Assembly: GCA_964556915.1 (NCBI GenBank)
Contig: CAZKYG010000100.1
Location: 22,566-86,565 of the forward strand
DNA from: an uncultured Gemmatimonas sp.
GTDB lineage: Bacteria; Gemmatimonadota; Gemmatimonadetes; Gemmatimonadales; Gemmatimonadaceae
Reading direction: 5' to 3'
Length of the DNA stretch: 64,000 nt
Below are positions 27,095 through 36,152 of this stretch, piece by piece (within the stretch, counting starts at the first letter, position 1; every line of letters starts with the position of its first letter). The notes beneath the pieces were generated by a model. It searched no databases. It saw nothing but the letters and a program-made list of their open reading frames with translations, and was not told the DNA's origin. Position numbers and translations under genes: made by a program.

Positions 27095-28483
27095 GTGTCT
27101 CTATCTCCCTCGGAAGCCTGGGCGACCATTCTGGATCGCGCTCGCTTGGAGCTTCCGGAAGTGGCCGTCTCCACGTGGCTTGCACCGCTGGCCCCACTCG
27201 ATTTCGACGGGAGAACACTCATCCTCTCTGCGCCGGACCAATGGTCCGTTGAGTGGAATGAGTCCAAGCACTCTCAGGTGCTTGAAAGCCTCGGACCAGT
27301 CTGCTTCGGACACCCAATATCCATCAAGTTCAGGGTTGAGCAGGAACGGCTGACTCGCTCTCAGATGGATCTTTTTGCGCCACAGTATAAGGCCACTATA
27401 AAGCCTGTTCCGCGTCAGGCTGGCATTGTTGTGGGCGTCTTGAGCGCCAGGTATACCTTCGCGGAGTTTGTCGTTGGCAAGTCGAACGAACTTGCGGTGG
27501 CGGCGGCGACTGCAGTCGCGGCAACCCCAGGCAAGTCATACAACCCGCTCTTTGTGCACGGAGCCACCGGCCTGGGGAAGACACACCTCATGCAGGCTAT
27601 CGCACATGAGATTCTCGCGCGCGAACCGACGTGCCGCGTCACGTACATCAGCACCGAGCAGTTCACCAACGATGTCGTCACGTCGATCGCGAAACGCGCG
27701 ATGCCGGATTTCCGGCGACGCTACCGTGAAACCGACTTGCTTCTCGTTGATGACGTGCACTTCCTCGGTGGCAAGGAGACCACGCAGGAGGAGTTCTTTC
27801 ACACGTTCAACGCCTTGTATGAGGCTGGTCGCCAGGTTGTCCTGACGAGTGATCGCCCTCCATCGGAGATCCCGCGGCTCGAGTCCCGCCTGATCAGCCG
27901 GTTCGAATGGGGAATGGTCGCCGACATCTCGCAACCCGATCTCGAACACCGTATCGCGATTCTCCGTCGCAAGGCCGAGGTGGACCGCCTGGACAGGGCG
28001 GTTCCGGACGACGTCATTGAGTTCGTCGCCGCTCATGTCCAGGCAAACGTTCGCGAGCTCGAAGGTTCCGTCATCAAGCTCCTCGCGTATGCGTCGCTGC
28101 GCGGACGACCGGTGACTCTCGATCTGGCCCGCGAGGCACTGCGAGACAAGGTCCGCTCAAGTGACGCACGCACCCCCAGATCCTCGCGACACGATCGCCT
28201 TCGGTTCATTCAACAGCGCGTTGCGGCGGAATGGGGAGTGTCGGTTGAGGGGTTGCAGGCCAAGTCCCGTAGTCGCTCCGTGACGGTTCCGCGGCAGGTT
28301 GCCATGTTTCTGTCTCGCGAGCTTCTGGGCCTGCAGCTCGTCGAAATTGGCGATGCGTTTGGTGGGCGCGATCACTCGACCGTGATTCACAGCCTCGATC
28401 GGGTAAACGCGATGCTTCGAACCGAAGGTGAGTTCCGGGCACGTGTGGACAGGCTGAGGGAAAGTCTGCGTTCGGATTCCTGA
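27095..28483 (+). CDS. dnaA: chromosomal replication initiator protein DnaA
   Basis: 462 aa with a GTG start. AAA+ Walker A GATGLGKTHLMQAI, LLVDDVHFL, and the C-terminal DNA-binding domain (..AFGGRDHSTVIHS..). Confidence 0.97.
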   Translation: MSLSPSEAWATILDRARLELPEVAVSTWLAPLAPLDFDGRTLILSAPDQWSVEWNESKHSQVLESLGPVCFGHPISIKFRVEQERLTRSQMDLFAPQYKATIKPVPRQAGIVVGVLSARYTFAEFVVGKSNELAVAAATAVAATPGKSYNPLFVHGATGLGKTHLMQAIAHEILAREPTCRVTYISTEQFTNDVVTSIAKRAMPDFRRRYRETDLLLVDDVHFLGGKETTQEEFFHTFNALYEAGRQVVLTSDRPPSEIPRLESRLISRFEWGMVADISQPDLEHRIAILRRKAEVDRLDRAVPDDVIEFVAAHVQANVRELEGSVIKLLAYASLRGRPVTLDLAREALRDKVRSSDARTPRSSRHDRLRFIQQRVAAEWGVSVEGLQAKSRSRSVTVPRQVAMFLSRELLGLQLVEIGDAFGGRDHSTVIHSLDRVNAMLRTEGEFRARVDRLRESLRSDS

Positions 28484-28710
28484 GCCCGGTGTCGAGCCAA
28501 TGCCCTATGCGGATAGTCGTTCTTCTTCGTATGTTTTCGACTGACATCCAACATTGGATGCCATTGATGAAGTCGTTATCGCAGTAAGACTTGTGTTGCT
28601 TTTGAACTTTCCACGTCTTACTACTTCTACTGCGCTTTTCTTACTTAAGTCCCAAGTAACTGCAGTACGGCGTCGAAACACGCGGTTTCTTCATAACCGA
28701 GACCTTCCAA
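28484..28710. other. AT-enriched dnaA-dnaN spacer (candidate oriC / DNA-unwinding region)
   Basis: My hand count is 88 G+C in 28501-28700 (~44% GC), against ~68% in the flanks. Only degenerate DnaA boxes are present (e.g. TGCGGATAG at 28508-28516, 2 mismatches to TGTGGATAA). Confidence 0.35.
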
Positions 28711-29829
28711 ATGCGCTTTACCATCTCGCGTGAGAAGCTCCAGGAAGGGTTGAACGCCGTCGCCTCCGCAGTCCCGTCCAAGACGACGCTTCCGGTGCTT
28801 GGAAACCTCTTGGTTCAGACCAGCGAGAAGGGCGTTCGCCTTTCCGGAACCGATCTCGATATCGCGGTCAGTACCGAGGTGACCGCTGACGTTGAAGCCG
28901 CTGGTGGAATGACAATTCCCGCGAGGAAACTCTCCGAAATAGCCCGCGAGCTTCCGCCTGCGCCGGTGAAGTTCGCCTCCTCGGGTGATCAGCGAGTCAC
29001 CATCGAGTGTGGGAGGTCGAAGTTCAAGCTCCTCGGGCTTCCCAAGAGTGAGTTTCCCGCATTTCCTGCCGTGCAGTTTGAGCAGGCTTCTCGCATCCCT
29101 TCAGGCGATCTGCAAAAGCTGATCAGCCACACGGCCTTTGCCGCGTCCACGGAGGAGAGCCGTCCCATCCTCAATGGCGTGCTCTGGGAGCTCCAGAGCG
29201 GCCTGATGCGCATGGTGGCCACAAACGGTCATCGCCTCGCCAAGATGGAAGTGCCGGCGAAGGTCGGCAGTGCCAAGGGCGCCAAAGGGGAATTCATTAT
29301 TCCGCCGAAAGCCTTGGAGCAGATCCGGCGACTATTTCCGGCCGAAGAGGAACTCGAGGTTGCGCACGGGGAGAACCACGTGGGCTTTCGCTCTCCGTTC
29401 ACCTCGGTGTACTCGCGGCTGATCGAAGGACCCTATCCGAGCTACGAACAGGTCATCCCGAAAGACAATGATCGGGTGGCAATCGTCGATCGCCAGGCCT
29501 TGACCAGCGCCCTTAAGCGCATGTCCGTTGTCGCGTCGGACCAGACACACCGGATACGAATGGCGTTTAACGCCGCCATGCTCAAGTTCAGCGTGAGCAC
29601 GCCGGACCTTGGCGAAGCGCAGGACGAACTCCCCGTGCGATACACCGGCGACCCACTCGATATCGGATTCAATGCGGCCTACCTGCTCGAGATTCTTCGC
29701 TATATCCCGACGGACGAAGTGCGAATGACCTTCAAGGCACCGGAAAGAGCGGCGACCGTAGAACCGGAAGGATGGTCCGATGCCGCGAAGTACCTGTGCC
29801 TGTTGATGCCGCTGCGGCTGGTTGACTAG
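28711..29829 (+). CDS. dnaN: DNA polymerase III subunit beta (sliding clamp)
   Basis: 372 aa. MRFTISREKLQEGLNAVASAVPSKTTLPVLGNLL.. and a three-domain length, immediately downstream of dnaA. Confidence 0.97.
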   Translation: MRFTISREKLQEGLNAVASAVPSKTTLPVLGNLLVQTSEKGVRLSGTDLDIAVSTEVTADVEAAGGMTIPARKLSEIARELPPAPVKFASSGDQRVTIECGRSKFKLLGLPKSEFPAFPAVQFEQASRIPSGDLQKLISHTAFAASTEESRPILNGVLWELQSGLMRMVATNGHRLAKMEVPAKVGSAKGAKGEFIIPPKALEQIRRLFPAEEELEVAHGENHVGFRSPFTSVYSRLIEGPYPSYEQVIPKDNDRVAIVDRQALTSALKRMSVVASDQTHRIRMAFNAAMLKFSVSTPDLGEAQDELPVRYTGDPLDIGFNAAYLLEILRYIPTDEVRMTFKAPERAATVEPEGWSDAAKYLCLLMPLRLVD

Positions 29830-30668
29830 CCGCCCGTCGGGCTGATTCGAATCGTCGCCGTCTGCCGCGACTGCTGAATCTTGGTCGCGCTCCGCACGGT
29901 GAGATCAAGCTGGCTGGTTCCGGTTGCGCCGAGCAGTGCGCCGGTTACCGGGTCGACGGCAAGCGTCATCGTGCCGGACCCACTTCCATGAACGCGCGTC
30001 GTGTCGGTTCCGCGGACCACCGTTGCCGTGACCACCGCGTGGCTTGTACGATCGATGACCAGGCCAGCGGTGAGGTCGGACGACGGAAGGCCGCGGCAGT
30101 GGAACGTCCGCACAACGAACACGGAAAGCCGCACCCCGGAGCGGCACACCGGTGTGACCGACGAATCTGACCACGTTAGCCCGGGGAAAACCGAGTCGGG
30201 GATGGAAAACAGCAGGTCTTCGACCGGCAGCAACGCTGCCGCCGCGGGCGTGGCGCATGGATCAGCTGCCGGCGGTTGCACCACGAGACGTGGAGCGCCA
30301 CGCCCGGCATAGGGCGCCGCGGAAAAGGCAAAAGGAAACGACTGCCCGGGCAACGGTGTGAGCGCTCCCTCGGGCCCGCGGACGACGGCGGACTGCACGA
30401 TTCCGGCGACGCCGCCGTCAGCGGTGCGACGCACCGTGGCGATGACGCGCAGAGCAACAGAGTCACGCGACGTGCCCGAATCCGTCGCGGTTTCAGCGTA
30501 TCCCTGGTGGTCGATCACAAAGCTTCGCGCCAGCGCATCGTGCTGAATCCGCCAGTAGCCTGGCATGACGGCTCGCGGAGCTGCGGCCGGTGCAGGAGCG
30601 GCGATGGGCTGGCGAGGCACCGGCGCCGCACAGGCCGCCACAAGCGCGACCGCGGCGAGGCAAGGCAC
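29826..30668 (-). CDS. hypothetical lipoprotein
   Basis: The long ORF (to 30860) overlaps rnpB. GTG at 30668 gives MPCLAAVALVAAC.., with a lipobox-like VAAC. There is no recognisable domain. Alternative starts are 30731 (overlapping rnpB) and the internal Met ~30566. Confidence 0.5.
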   Translation of the reverse strand: MPCLAAVALVAACAAPVPRQPIAAPAPAAAPRAVMPGYWRIQHDALARSFVIDHQGYAETATDSGTSRDSVALRVIATVRRTADGGVAGIVQSAVVRGPEGALTPLPGQSFPFAFSAAPYAGRGAPRLVVQPPAADPCATPAAAALLPVEDLLFSIPDSVFPGLTWSDSSVTPVCRSGVRLSVFVVRTFHCRGLPSSDLTAGLVIDRTSHAVVTATVVRGTDTTRVHGSGSGTMTLAVDPVTGALLGATGTSQLDLTVRSATKIQQSRQTATIRISPTGG

Positions 30669-30673
30669 AAAGT

Positions 30674-31044
30674 GCGAGTTCCCCGGCCTGTAAGCCGGGT
30701 TCTGTCGAAGCGTACCGCTTCGGACGGTCATTTCTCTGGGAACGCGGTCACCCGCGCCCTCAAGCGGCCTACCCGCGACGTCTTTTTCGAAGAGGACTGC
30801 TTCTCGTCGCCTATTCGGCCTTGCTCCGGCTGGGGTTTGCCGTGCCGCCCGTGTTACCACGGGCGCGGTGGGCTCTTACCCCACCTTTTCACCCTTACCC
30901 ACGCATCAGCTGGGCGGTCTGTTTTCTGTGGCACTTTCCGTCACCGAGGTGCCCAGGTGTTACCTGGCAGCCTGTCCAAGGAGCCCGGACTTTCCTCGAC
31001 GCAACCCGAAGGTTCCGCCGCGACCGTCCGGCCGGAGAACTCGC
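30674..31044 (-). ncRNA. rnpB: RNase P RNA, bacterial type A
   Basis: The reverse strand contains GAGGAAAGUCCGGGCUCC (30980-30997), GGUAAGGGUGAAAAGGUGGGGUAAGAGCCCACC (30868-30900) and ACAGAACCCGGCUUA (30691-30705). P1 pairs GCGAGUUCUCCGGCC (31044-31030) with GGCCGGGGAACUCGC (30688-30674). Confidence 0.95.
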
Positions 31045-31207
31045 ACCTGTAAGCTACATCTCTGGGCGCCGGTGTGCAGTATCTCAGTTACGCGCCGAGG
31101 TGGTTTTTTCGGCATCGGTGACGCTTTGGGGCGTTCGGGGGAGTTGCGAATGACTCTCGAGTGACTCGCCGAGTGCACCCTGCCGGCACCATCAGGAGGC
31201 ACCCCCC

Positions 31208-32074
31208 GTGTCCAGTCTTCCTGCCGGATCCATCATTGCCCCGGTCACAACCGTTCTTGAACCGGCCGAACGCTTCGAGGTCGACCGTGTCGGCGCCGGG
31301 CTGTGTCGCACCGTGCACCGCGAAAGCATTTCCGACGTACTCCGGGATCTTCGCATCCGGCGGATGAGCGCAGTGCTGCTTTCTGCATCACGGTGTCTCG
31401 CCACCGAACTGCCGCGAATGATGCGGGTCGTCCGCGAGTTTCCCGGTGTCCCCACGGTCGTGCTGGTTGGTCGGCACGGCGGCGCGTCACCGGAGGAGCT
31501 TCTCGCCATCGGCAACTGCGGCGTCCGGCGCATCGTCGACGTGCGCACGCCGGCGGGCTGGACGAAGCTCCGCGATGCGCTCGCGGCCGGCGCGGTTCAC
31601 GATTCCGACGATCGCGCCATGCGCGAGTTGATGCTCGACCTCGAGCACTCACACGACGACACGCGCCGCTTTGTCCGTGCCTTGTTTGCCGGATATCCGG
31701 GGCCGAGAACGGTGAAGGTGCTCGCGTCGTCGCTTGGCGTCCTGGCAAGCACCATGGTGAGCCGGTTCTATCGTTCAGGCCTGCCCGCACCCAAGAGATA
31801 TCTCGCGTACGCCGGGCTCGTCCGGGCGGCGAGGCTCCTTGAGAATCCGGGTTTTTCAATCGCTGATGTCGCCGTGCACCTCGACCATTCGTCGCCGCAG
31901 AGCTTTGCGCGGCATATCCGGACCTATCTTGGTCTCACGGCTGGCGAATTTCGTCGTCTGCATACGGGTGAGACGATGATGCGGAAGTTCCGCGAAGATC
32001 TCGTCCTCCCGTATCGGGACCGGCTCGACGCGCTTTCTCCCGTCGCGCGCCGCACGTCGGCGTGGACGGTCTAG
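31208..32074 (+). CDS. AraC-family transcriptional regulator
   Basis: 288 aa with a GTG start preceded by AGGAGG. C-terminal AraC HTH (..ADVAVHLDHSSPQSFARHIRTYLGLTAGEFRR). The N-terminal half vaguely resembles a receiver domain. Confidence 0.82.
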   Translation: MSSLPAGSIIAPVTTVLEPAERFEVDRVGAGLCRTVHRESISDVLRDLRIRRMSAVLLSASRCLATELPRMMRVVREFPGVPTVVLVGRHGGASPEELLAIGNCGVRRIVDVRTPAGWTKLRDALAAGAVHDSDDRAMRELMLDLEHSHDDTRRFVRALFAGYPGPRTVKVLASSLGVLASTMVSRFYRSGLPAPKRYLAYAGLVRAARLLENPGFSIADVAVHLDHSSPQSFARHIRTYLGLTAGEFRRLHTGETMMRKFREDLVLPYRDRLDALSPVARRTSAWTV

Positions 32075-32625
32075 CGCGCAGCCGCGAGCAGCTCAGAAAC
32101 CGTGGTGAGCGCGATCACGGGGACGCCAGTCTCGAGCAGCGCTTCCCGGCCCCCTTCTTCGCGATCGACCACGGCGAGGATTCCGATTACGCGCGCTCCG
32201 GCGTCTTGCACGGCGGCCAGCGCCCTGCGCGCCGAACCGCCTGTCGTAATCACGTCCTCGACGACCACAACGGAGTCCCCGGCGTGGAACGGACCCTCGA
32301 TAAGCTTCCCGGTTCCGTGCACCTTGGGTTCCTTGCGAACAGTGAACGCCCGAATCGGCGTGCCCGCAAGTGCGCTGGCGTACGCAATGGCATATGAGAC
32401 CGGGTCTGCGCCGAGGGTAAGGCCGCCAACCGAGTCCGGACGGAGGCCAGCCGCGCCCATTTGCTCCAGGGCGAGCGGTCCGATGGTCGCCAGCCCCTCG
32501 GGGCTCATGGTCGTGAGGCGAGCGTCCACATAGAACGAGGACTGGCGGCCGGAGGCAAGCGTGAATGTCCCGCGGCGCACCGAGCGTTCGGCGAGCAGCT
32601 GGACGAGTCGGTGCGATCCGTTCAC
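32071..32625 (-). CDS. pyrE: orotate phosphoribosyltransferase
   Basis: 184 aa with GTFTLASGRQSSFYVD and the PRPP motif VVVVEDVITTGGS. Confidence 0.95.
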   Translation of the reverse strand: MNGSHRLVQLLAERSVRRGTFTLASGRQSSFYVDARLTTMSPEGLATIGPLALEQMGAAGLRPDSVGGLTLGADPVSYAIAYASALAGTPIRAFTVRKEPKVHGTGKLIEGPFHAGDSVVVVEDVITTGGSARRALAAVQDAGARVIGILAVVDREEGGREALLETGVPVIALTTVSELLAAAR

Positions 32626-32691
32626 GACCGGAGGTTACCGGATGCTAGTTTTTCCGTCAATGCAGGATCTGGCGTTCCTCGTGCGGCATCG

Positions 32692-33732
32692 ATGAGTCTC
32701 CGCGGCATCGTTCGGCCGTCCACCGCCGGTCTCGTTGCCGCGCTTGCCGGAATTGCGGCAGCGCTGGTCGTTGCGGACGCGGCGCTGCGCGCGGCGCCGG
32801 CAACCCGGGCCGCGCTCTGGCTTGCCCTCGGGGTCGCTGCGCTCGCGGCCACGATCGTCTTCGTGTACGAGCGGCGCCAGGCGCAGCGTATTGAAGAACG
32901 GTCGATTGAACTGGAACAGTTGTCCGGCGAACTGTATCGCGCCAACCGCGCGAAGGCCGAATTTCTTGCGAGCGTGTCGCACGAACTTCGCACACCGCTT
33001 GCAGCGATTGTCGGTTTTGTCGACCTCCTCCGGGACGGATCGTACGGCGATCTCACGCCACGGCAGCGTGGTCCCGTCGAGCGGATCGAGTCATCAGCCA
33101 ACCACCTCCGCGATCTCGTTGACCAGGTCCTCGACCTTGCGAAAATGTCGGCCGGCCGACTGGAGGTGCATGCAGAGCCGGTTCGGCTCCGGCCCTTCAT
33201 CATCGATGTGGTGTCGGAAATGGAGCCCCTGGCTGCCGCCCGTGGCCTGACGTTCTCGATCAGTGTGCCGGGAACTCTTCCGCGCGCGAGGACAGACGTA
33301 TCGCACTTGAGGCGCATTCTCGTGAACCTCATCGGAAATGCGATCAAGTTCACGTCGGAGGGCGGCGTGGGTGTCCGTGCGTTTCCTGTTTCCGACGAGG
33401 AGTTGGCAGTCGGCGAGGCCGGTGGTGCAGTCGCCGGCGCGGCCTCCGCACGGCGGCCACTCCTTCTGGCGCACGGTCCATGGATAGCGATCCAGGTATT
33501 CGATACGGGAATCGGAATCGCCGCCCCCGACCTGGAGCGTATCTTCGAGGAATTCGAACAAGTGAATCCCGGGCCGCGGGGCGATTCCGAGCGTCGTGGC
33601 ACGGGGCTCGGACTCACGATCTCGCGCCGCCTGGCGCGCCTGCTCGATGGAGATATTACCGTGACAAGCTCGCCCGGCAGGGGCTCGGCATTCACCCTGT
33701 GGCTTCCGGCAGATACCCTGCGTGCTGACTAG
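32692..33732 (+). CDS. sensor histidine kinase
   Basis: From the ATG at 32692: two TM-like segments, H-box SHELRTPL, and HATPase blocks (NLIGNAIKFT, DTGIGI, GTGLGLTISRRL). Confidence 0.85.
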   Translation: MSLRGIVRPSTAGLVAALAGIAAALVVADAALRAAPATRAALWLALGVAALAATIVFVYERRQAQRIEERSIELEQLSGELYRANRAKAEFLASVSHELRTPLAAIVGFVDLLRDGSYGDLTPRQRGPVERIESSANHLRDLVDQVLDLAKMSAGRLEVHAEPVRLRPFIIDVVSEMEPLAAARGLTFSISVPGTLPRARTDVSHLRRILVNLIGNAIKFTSEGGVGVRAFPVSDEELAVGEAGGAVAGAASARRPLLLAHGPWIAIQVFDTGIGIAAPDLERIFEEFEQVNPGPRGDSERRGTGLGLTISRRLARLLDGDITVTSSPGRGSAFTLWLPADTLRAD

Positions 33733-34646
33733 TTGCGGTTTCGGAAGAGCCCCTTGACGCGCGACAGGAGCCCCGAATCCGAATCGGCGGCGAGCGGATT
33801 GGACGTCAGGGCCTCGCTCAGGGCGCGCGCAAAATCCACCACCGTGGGATACCGGGACTTGGGGTCCTTGGCCAGGCCGCGCATGACCACCGACTCGACG
33901 CTTCCGCTGTACACAAGCCCGGGCTTGGCCTTGTTGAGCGGAATGGGTGGCTGCGACAGGAGTTGTGTGAACATCTCCCGCGGGGACTTGGCCGTGTAGG
34001 GGAGCATGCCGGTCAGCAGCAAATAGGCAATGCACGCCAGACTGTACTGGTCGGCAGCCGGCGTGACGATTTCCCCGCTGAGGGCTTCCGGCGCGACATA
34101 CATCAGCGTGCCGACAAAAAAGCCTGCACGGGTGAGCCGCTCATCCGGCGCGACGTCCGTTGCGGTCGCAATCCCGAAATCAAGGAGCTTGACGCTTCGC
34201 GTGGCCGGGTCGTACATCAGGTTTTCCGGCTTCAGGTCGCGGTGTACGATTGCGTTCGAATGGGCCGCGTGCACCGCGTCCGCGATTTGCGTGATGATCG
34301 TGGCCGCCTCGTCCGGCGGCAACGGCGCGCTCCGCTTGGCGTACCCCTCGAGCAGTTCCCCGGCAGCCCACTCAATGGCGAGAAAGTGCAGCCCGCCCTC
34401 GGACTGGCCGAGTTCGATGGTTCGAACGACATTCGGGTGCTGGACGCGCGTGCCAAATGATGCTTCCCGCAGAAAGCGCGCGACGGCCGTCCGGTCCTGG
34501 CGGAGCTTTTCGCGCAGCACCTTGAGCGCCACCACGCCGTGCGTCGGATGCGACGCGCGGTAGACGGTGGCCGTACCGCCCTCGCCAACGCGGTGTTCGA
34601 GGACGTATCCAGCGATGCTGGTGCCTGCAAGCGGGTCGCGTGACAC
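33729..34646 (-). CDS. serine/threonine protein kinase (kinase domain only)
   Basis: 305 aa with a GTG start. GEGGTATVY..ALKVL, HRDLKPENL, DFG and APE motifs. No TM or sensor domain. Confidence 0.9.
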   Translation of the reverse strand: MSRDPLAGTSIAGYVLEHRVGEGGTATVYRASHPTHGVVALKVLREKLRQDRTAVARFLREASFGTRVQHPNVVRTIELGQSEGGLHFLAIEWAAGELLEGYAKRSAPLPPDEAATIITQIADAVHAAHSNAIVHRDLKPENLMYDPATRSVKLLDFGIATATDVAPDERLTRAGFFVGTLMYVAPEALSGEIVTPAADQYSLACIAYLLLTGMLPYTAKSPREMFTQLLSQPPIPLNKAKPGLVYSGSVESVVMRGLAKDPKSRYPTVVDFARALSEALTSNPLAADSDSGLLSRVKGLFRNRN

Positions 34647-34744
34647 GCGGCGAACCTATGTCACCGCGCACCGCCGAGCAAGCGAACGGAGCAACCCGGT
34701 GTGGGGTAGGTAACTCGGTGCGCCCACTATTAATTGCAGGGAAC

Positions 34745-36142
34745 ATGTTCCAGCCTTCCGTAGCACGCCTTCGACAGGCCTCCTCCGTCCTCCTCGGCGT
34801 CGTACTGCTGGCGTGCGGAGGTGGATCCGGCGGGGGCGCCGCCCCCCCACCGGGAGGTGCGCCGGCCCCGGCGCCTCGTCCCCGAAGTTCGCTTGGTCCG
34901 CAGCCATTCGATGCCATTGCCTTGTTCCGGCGTCTTGGGCTGCTCGCGCGCGGCGCTCCCATGCCGTTCGTCGGCAATGTGTCGTTCTTTGCGGCATCCA
35001 CCGGCGACTCGACGCACGTGATGATTGCCGTGTCCCTTGCGAACGCGTCCCTTACCTTCGCAAGGGAGGAGGGCAGCTTCCGTGCCGGCTACACCGTCAC
35101 GGCAGCGCTCCGTTCCGGTGCGATTCCGATCCGGAACATTGAGGCCCACGAATACGTGGTCGTTTCGAGTTTCCGGGAAACCGAGCGCAACGATGAAAGC
35201 GTTCTCTATGAGGAGGTCGTGACGGTACCGCCGGGCCGGTACGAGTTCTCGCTCAGCGTCCGTGACGATGGGAGCGCGCGCACCAGCGAAGACGCCGCCA
35301 CGCTCGTAGTACCGGCACTTGGCGCCAACTCGTTGTCGTCCCCGGTGTCCTTTGCCCGAGCCGGCCTGCGGTCGAGCACGTCCACGCTCCCCCAGGTGCT
35401 CGCCAACCCGACGGCCAGTGGCACGTTCGGGCGGGACTCCATCATTCCATTTCTGCTCGAGGGATACGGGGTCGACGACAGTACGCGTCTGGTTCAGTAT
35501 GTCGTGCGCTCCGAGGATGGTCGAACCGTGTTCCACGACAGCACCCACCTGACACGACGCGGCAGCATATACAACGGCACGATCAACGTCCCGATTGCGC
35601 GAGTTGGCATCGGCGCACTGATTCTCAGCGCGTGGGCGCCGGCGCACGGCGACACCGTACGGACGCCGTTGTTCGTCGGATTTGGTGCTGACCTGCCACT
35701 TGCCTCATACGAGGAAATGGTCAACTACCTGCGGTGGTTCGCGAATCCGGCCGACCTGCAGGCGCTTCGGGATACGCCGGCCGAAGCCCGGCCTGCGGCG
35801 TGGGCCGATTTCGTCAAGCGCCACAGCGGCCAGGACGGTGCCCATGCCGCCCTCACGGACTACTTCGCGCGGATGGCGGACGCAAACGCACGCTTCAAGG
35901 AAGAGGCGTCGCCGGGCTGGATGACGGACCGCGGCAAGGTGCTGCTGGGGCTCGGGCGTCCAGACCAGGTCTACGAACAGGCCAATCGTTCGCTCGTGCA
36001 GCAGGGCCGTCAGCAGGTCTGGGAATATCGGGGCGACAACCTTGTGCTGACGTTCTACGATCAAACGGGTTTTGGTCGCTGGAAGCTGACGGCGACAAGT
36101 GACGCCGAATTCATGACCGCGTGGCGCCGACGCGTGCAGTAG
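34745..36142 (+). CDS. GWxTD domain-containing protein (lipoprotein signal)
   Basis: From the ATG at 34745: MFQPSVARLRQASSVLLGVVLLAC. The C-terminal motif is PGWMTDRGKVLLGLGRPD...VWEY (GWxTD family). Confidence 0.78.
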   Translation: MFQPSVARLRQASSVLLGVVLLACGGGSGGGAAPPPGGAPAPAPRPRSSLGPQPFDAIALFRRLGLLARGAPMPFVGNVSFFAASTGDSTHVMIAVSLANASLTFAREEGSFRAGYTVTAALRSGAIPIRNIEAHEYVVVSSFRETERNDESVLYEEVVTVPPGRYEFSLSVRDDGSARTSEDAATLVVPALGANSLSSPVSFARAGLRSSTSTLPQVLANPTASGTFGRDSIIPFLLEGYGVDDSTRLVQYVVRSEDGRTVFHDSTHLTRRGSIYNGTINVPIARVGIGALILSAWAPAHGDTVRTPLFVGFGADLPLASYEEMVNYLRWFANPADLQALRDTPAEARPAAWADFVKRHSGQDGAHAALTDYFARMADANARFKEEASPGWMTDRGKVLLGLGRPDQVYEQANRSLVQQGRQQVWEYRGDNLVLTFYDQTGFGRWKLTATSDAEFMTAWRRRVQ

Positions 36143-36152
36143 CCGCACCGCA

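Noticed and set aside
29826-30860. Full-length 344-aa version of the ORF downstream of dnaN
   Set aside because: Its first ~60 codons are the 3' half of the RNase P RNA gene on the same strand. I retained only the part downstream of 30674.
31098-31115. GCCGA-GGTGGTTTTT-TCGGC hairpin between rnpB and the AraC-like gene
   Set aside because: The 5-bp stem has a 10-nt loop, and the T-run lies in the loop rather than trailing the stem. It is not a convincing terminator.
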